From positions 347-64,346 of the forward strand of contig LCQK01000002.1 of the NCBI GenBank assembly GCA_001004105.1: a stretch of DNA of 64,000 nucleotides, written 5' to 3'. The stretch's first letter is position 1; the number at the start of each line of letters is the position of its first letter. Origin of the DNA: Candidatus Jorgensenbacteria bacterium GW2011_GWB1_50_10 (GTDB lineage: Bacteria; Patescibacteriota; Minisyncoccia; UBA6257; GWB1-50-10). Shown here in pieces: positions 61,701 to 64,000 of this stretch. The position numbers and the translations under genes were made by a program. Under the pieces are notes generated by a model, which saw only the letters and a list, made by a program, of their open reading frames with translations, did no database searches and was not told where the DNA came from.

Positions 61701-61917
61701 CGTTAGGCGCCAAATATGCTTCCACGCCGACGATTGGCTTAATTCCTTCTTTCCTCGCTTTTTTGTAGAACTCAATCGCGCCGTAGAGGTTGCCGTGGTC
61801 GGTTAAGGCAAGCGAATCCATCCCGAGTTCCTTGGTTTTTTTGATGAGGTCGTCGATTTTCGCGAGGCCGTCGAGCAACGAGTAATGGCTGTGGACGTGC
61901 AGATGGACAAATTTCAT
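58768..61917 (-). CDS. dnaE: DNA polymerase III alpha subunit
   Basis: PHP domain HLHVHSHYSLLDG; 1049 aa. Confidence 0.95.
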   Translation of the reverse strand: MKFVHLHVHSHYSLLDGLAKIDDLIKKTKELGMDSLALTDHGNLYGAIEFYKKARKEGIKPIVGVEAYLAPNGRLNKRPKIDEARYHLILLAKNKTGWKNLVRLVTAAHLEGFYYKPRIDKEILLKHAEGLVCLSGCFSGEISRLLSQGKMSEAEEAAKWYQSVFGGDFYLEIQPHAPEIHKLILDMAEKLKIPVVATQDVHYVSLDDRTAHEILLAVQTNTKLDDQDRLSLKNYNVSLRSPEEMIELFRHVPQAIENTARIAEKCNLEIDLNQTYLPSFPLPEGETAMNYLKKLIAERLPLRFPRTTKEVEERLSHEIDVIEKTGFVDYFLIVQDFVNWAKNHGIVVGPGRGSAAGSIVSYILGITDVDPLKYDLLFERFLNPDRIQVPDIDIDFTDTRRDEVLAYIKDKYGADKVAQIITFGTMMARAAVRDAGRALGLPYGFCDQIAKLIPFNVPLKQSIAAVPELKKMMDENEDAKKILEAAIKLEGTARHASVHACGIVISSYPLVNFVPLQRAPQGDDAIITQFEMHSIEDLGLLKIDLLGLKNLTIIEKTLRLVKDLHGIDIDINNLLLDDKKTFELFQSAEMTGVFQLESSGMRRYLKELKPTELEDIIVMISLYRPGPMELIPLYIKRKFGREKVTYIHPRLEPILEKTYGVGIYQEQMMRIARDLAGFTLAEADTLRKAIGKKIKKLLDEQKEKLLNGLVANGIDKKTANQIWELFPPFARYGFNKSHGAAYALISYRTAYLKANFPVEFMTSLLNISGSDVERVNFLINEAKRLKIKVLPPDVNLSLQDFTVDQGNIRFGLLAIKNLGVNIVEVVIDERSRGGPFQNFSEFLNRIQHRDLNKKSLESLIKCGAFDSLGVDRARALANIDEIIRFNQAAKKMKSANQNSLFGGAGLELAAMKFVNGGEPTDKKMMLIWEKELLGLYITDHPFNAYASKIKKQTVPIKKIAGATPNNAGSGQLLLAGVITAVQKILTKRGDPMLFVSLEDATGSTEVLVFSDVLNKNPNVWQENKAVMIDGRLSFKGNEPKVIVNAVKEL

Positions 61918-61950
61918 GTCTTGGTATCAGACTAATTATACTAATAGCAG

Positions 61951-62541
61951 GTGGCAAGAAAAAGATACATCGTAGGCATTGATGAAGTCGGGCGCGGCTC
62001 TCTGGCTGGCTACTTGCTCGTGGCTGCGGTCATAGTTCCTTCAGGAATAAACCTGCGCCGCCGGCATCTTCCGAAAATCAAGGACTCCAAGCGTCTCACG
62101 GCGCTTGCAAGGGGGAAATGGCTTTCTTTCGTAGAAAGGCATCCGGGAATAAAATACACCCTTTTTAAGGCGAGTCCGGGGACCATAGATGGGATTAACG
62201 TAACCCGCGCCGCTAATATAGCCGCAACCGGAGCGGTAAGGAATTTGATGACTAAGAACCCCGCCACTTTTGCCCGCGCCAACGTCTATTTGGATGGCGG
62301 CCTTTATTTGAACCTTAAGAACGTAAAGTTCAGGACCTTGACGAGAGGCGACGAAAAAATCAACGCTATCAAGCTTGCTTCAATCATCGCCAAGGTGAAA
62401 AGGGACAAATATATGACTGAACTCCATAAAAAATATCCCAAATATGCCTTTGACAAACACAAGGGCTATGGAACGAAGAAGCATAAAAGAGCCATTAAAA
62501 AATACGGTCCGACCAAGATACACAGATTGACGTTCATTTAA
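61951..62541 (+). CDS. rnhB: Ribonuclease HII
   Basis: Block GIDEVGRGSLAG; GTG start. Confidence 0.9.
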   Translation: MARKRYIVGIDEVGRGSLAGYLLVAAVIVPSGINLRRRHLPKIKDSKRLTALARGKWLSFVERHPGIKYTLFKASPGTIDGINVTRAANIAATGAVRNLMTKNPATFARANVYLDGGLYLNLKNVKFRTLTRGDEKINAIKLASIIAKVKRDKYMTELHKKYPKYAFDKHKGYGTKKHKRAIKKYGPTKIHRLTFI

Positions 62542-62575
62542 ACTTTCATTATTCTTAATTCATAATTCTAGGAAT

Positions 62576-62752
62576 ATGGGAGGCGTACCAGTAAAACATC
62601 ATTCCAAGTCCAAAGTCGGCCGGCGGCGGTCGCAACTCGCCTTGAAGAGGCGGTTTCTTGCGGTTTGTCCCGACTGCAAGGGGCCAACCATGCCGCACCG
62701 TAGCTGTCCCCAATGCGGAAAATACGCAAAATCGAAATCTGGAAAAAGCTAA
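62576..62752 (+). CDS. rpmF: 50S ribosomal protein L32 (58 aa; below the ORF-track size cutoff)
   Basis: Own translation: MGGVPVKHHSKSKVGRRRSQLAL....CPDCKG...HRSCPQCGKY matches the L32 zinc-ribbon pattern. Confidence 0.8.
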   Translation: MGGVPVKHHSKSKVGRRRSQLALKRRFLAVCPDCKGPTMPHRSCPQCGKYAKSKSGKS

Positions 62753-62775
62753 ACTCACTCGCTCTTTAAAAATCC

Positions 62776-63216
62776 ATGGCCACAAGACACTTAGCGAGAA
62801 CGATTGTTGTCCAATCGCTTTACGAATGGGATTTTTACAATCGGGAAGCCGACCTCATTAAAATCGTGGAGAGGAACATGGCAAGTTTCGGTGCGGGCAT
62901 TGACGAGCCGGATTTTGTCTGGCGGATGGTGAAAGGCGTAATAGAGCATTTGAAAGATATTGATGCGGTCATTGAAAAGGCGGCGCCGGAGTGGCCGCTT
63001 GCGAAAATCGCGATCGTGGACCGGAACGTCCTGCGTCTCGGCCTCTACGAGCTTCTTTACGCCGACCGAAACGAAGTGCCGCCTAAGGTAGCCATCAACG
63101 AAGCGATTGAAATCGCCAAAAATTACAGCGGCCCCAATTCGCCGAAGTTCGTAAACGGCGTCTTGGGCACGGTTTATCGGCAAATGGAAGGCGGGACGGC
63201 GGAAGAGAAAAAATAA
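62776..63216 (+). CDS. nusB: Transcription antitermination factor NusB
   Basis: NusB-like sequence. Confidence 0.88.
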   Translation: MATRHLARTIVVQSLYEWDFYNREADLIKIVERNMASFGAGIDEPDFVWRMVKGVIEHLKDIDAVIEKAAPEWPLAKIAIVDRNVLRLGLYELLYADRNEVPPKVAINEAIEIAKNYSGPNSPKFVNGVLGTVYRQMEGGTAEEKK

Positions 63217-63217
63217 A

Positions 63218-63916
63218 ATGTTTTCGGAACTGAAAAAACTGGAAGAGAAAATTGGCGTTGATTTCAAAAACAAAGCGCTTCTTCTTGAAGCTCTCACTCA
63301 CCGTTCCTATTTAAATGAGAATCCCGGAGTAAAAACCGGGAATAACGAGCGTTTGGAATATTTGGGCGACGCAGTTTTGGAACTTGTCGTGACGGAGGAG
63401 CTTTTTCACAAGTTTCCCGAGCGTCAGGAAGGGGAACTCACGCTTCTCCGGGCCGCGCTCGTAAATTACGTGATGTTGGGGCGAATCGCCCGTGAAATCG
63501 GTTTGGAAAAATACGTGCTTTTGTCCCGGGGTGAAGCCAAGGATTTCGGCAAGGCGCGGGAAGTGATTTTGGCAAACGCCATTGAAGCTTTGATTGGCGC
63601 GCTGTATCTCGACAAGGGCTACGATATTGCCGGTAAATTCATTAAGGATAACGTTTTGAATCATTTGGAAGAAGTGATCGCCAACGGCTCTTACCGCGAC
63701 TCCAAAAGCAGCTTGCAGGAAATCATTCAGGAGAAAACGAAGGTTACGCCGACCTACAAAGTTTTGGAAGAACGGGGGCCGGACCACGCCCGAGAGTTCG
63801 TGGTCGGGGTTTTCTTTGGCGGCGAGCTTCAGGCGACCGGCACCGGGAGTTCCAAACAGGAGGCCGAAAATGACGCGGCGGGGGAGGCGCTAAGGGATTT
63901 AAGGCATAAGAAATGA
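63218..63916 (+). CDS. rnc: Ribonuclease III
   Basis: Block ERLEYLGDAVL and a dsRBD. Confidence 0.94.
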   Translation: MFSELKKLEEKIGVDFKNKALLLEALTHRSYLNENPGVKTGNNERLEYLGDAVLELVVTEELFHKFPERQEGELTLLRAALVNYVMLGRIAREIGLEKYVLLSRGEAKDFGKAREVILANAIEALIGALYLDKGYDIAGKFIKDNVLNHLEEVIANGSYRDSKSSLQEIIQEKTKVTPTYKVLEERGPDHAREFVVGVFFGGELQATGTGSSKQEAENDAAGEALRDLRHKK

Positions 63917-64000
63917 ATTTTTTGAAACGTTTGGAGTTGCAGGGATTCAAATCTTTTGCCGGGAAGATGATTTTGGATTTTCCGGCCAAAATCGTGGGCG
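63913..64000 (+). CDS. smc: Chromosome segregation protein SMC, 5' end (partial)
   Basis: MNFLKRLELQGFKSFAG is the typical SMC N-terminus; rnc-smc adjacency is common. Confidence 0.55.
   Translation, partial: MNFLKRLELQGFKSFAGKMILDFPAKIVG

Overview
The window reads as a 64-kb chromosomal segment of a small-genome, Candidate-Phyla-Radiation-like (Parcubacteria-type) bacterium; that lineage call rests on gene content and is an inference, not a database result. Conserved core genes on the + strand: a site-2-protease-like gene; the contiguous str-S10-spc ribosomal super-operon (rpsL, rpsG, fusA, tuf, rpsJ, rplC, rplD, rplW, rplB, rpsS, rplV, rpsC, rplP, rpmC, rpsQ, rplN, rplX, rplE, rpsZ, rpsH, rplF, rplR, rpsE, rplO, secY); adk and map; secA; a complete F1Fo ATP-synthase operon (atpZ-like, atpB, E, F, H, A, G, D, C); tRNA-Ile and tRNA-Leu; rluD-like; rplS; gyrB; secE-nusG-rplK; a dTMP-synthesis cluster (dcd, thyA, DHFR-family gene, dut/dcd-like, folA); gatB; rnhB; rpmF; nusB; rnc; and the start of smc. 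On the - strand: topA-dprA, miaA, thrS, dnaE, and a RidA / NUDIX / inositol-monophosphatase run. No gene for L30 lies between rpsE and rplO, and rplK is not followed by rplA. Between the conserved blocks sit several short AT-rich accessory islands: a ClpP-like protease plus a small ORF; an HExxH protein followed by a Phd/RelE pair, an HD protein and a CPBP/Abi protein; a free-standing LAGLIDADG homing endonuclease immediately upstream of tRNA-Leu; an RDD protein plus a membrane-anchored HNH nuclease; an acidic ORF between nusG and rplK; and a HicB/HicA-like pair. There are also GC-rich orphan ORFs that carry unusually strong Shine-Dalgarno sequences. The most novel signals are non-coding. (1) A paralogous family of long-stem hairpin elements that exactly fill the intergenic gaps fusA-tuf and rpsQ-rplN, with covariation in the stem. 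(2) A 26-nt repeated motif present at 21261, 22103 and 58570, whose degenerate inverted copies form the ends of a ~200-nt composite palindrome just after secY. (3) Two TrpR/YerC-like regulator genes, each tightly associated with its own family of perfect palindromes; one palindrome recurs three times, including inside a nucleotidyltransferase CDS. I could not assign a single named novel system with confidence; the candidates are ranked in the findings.
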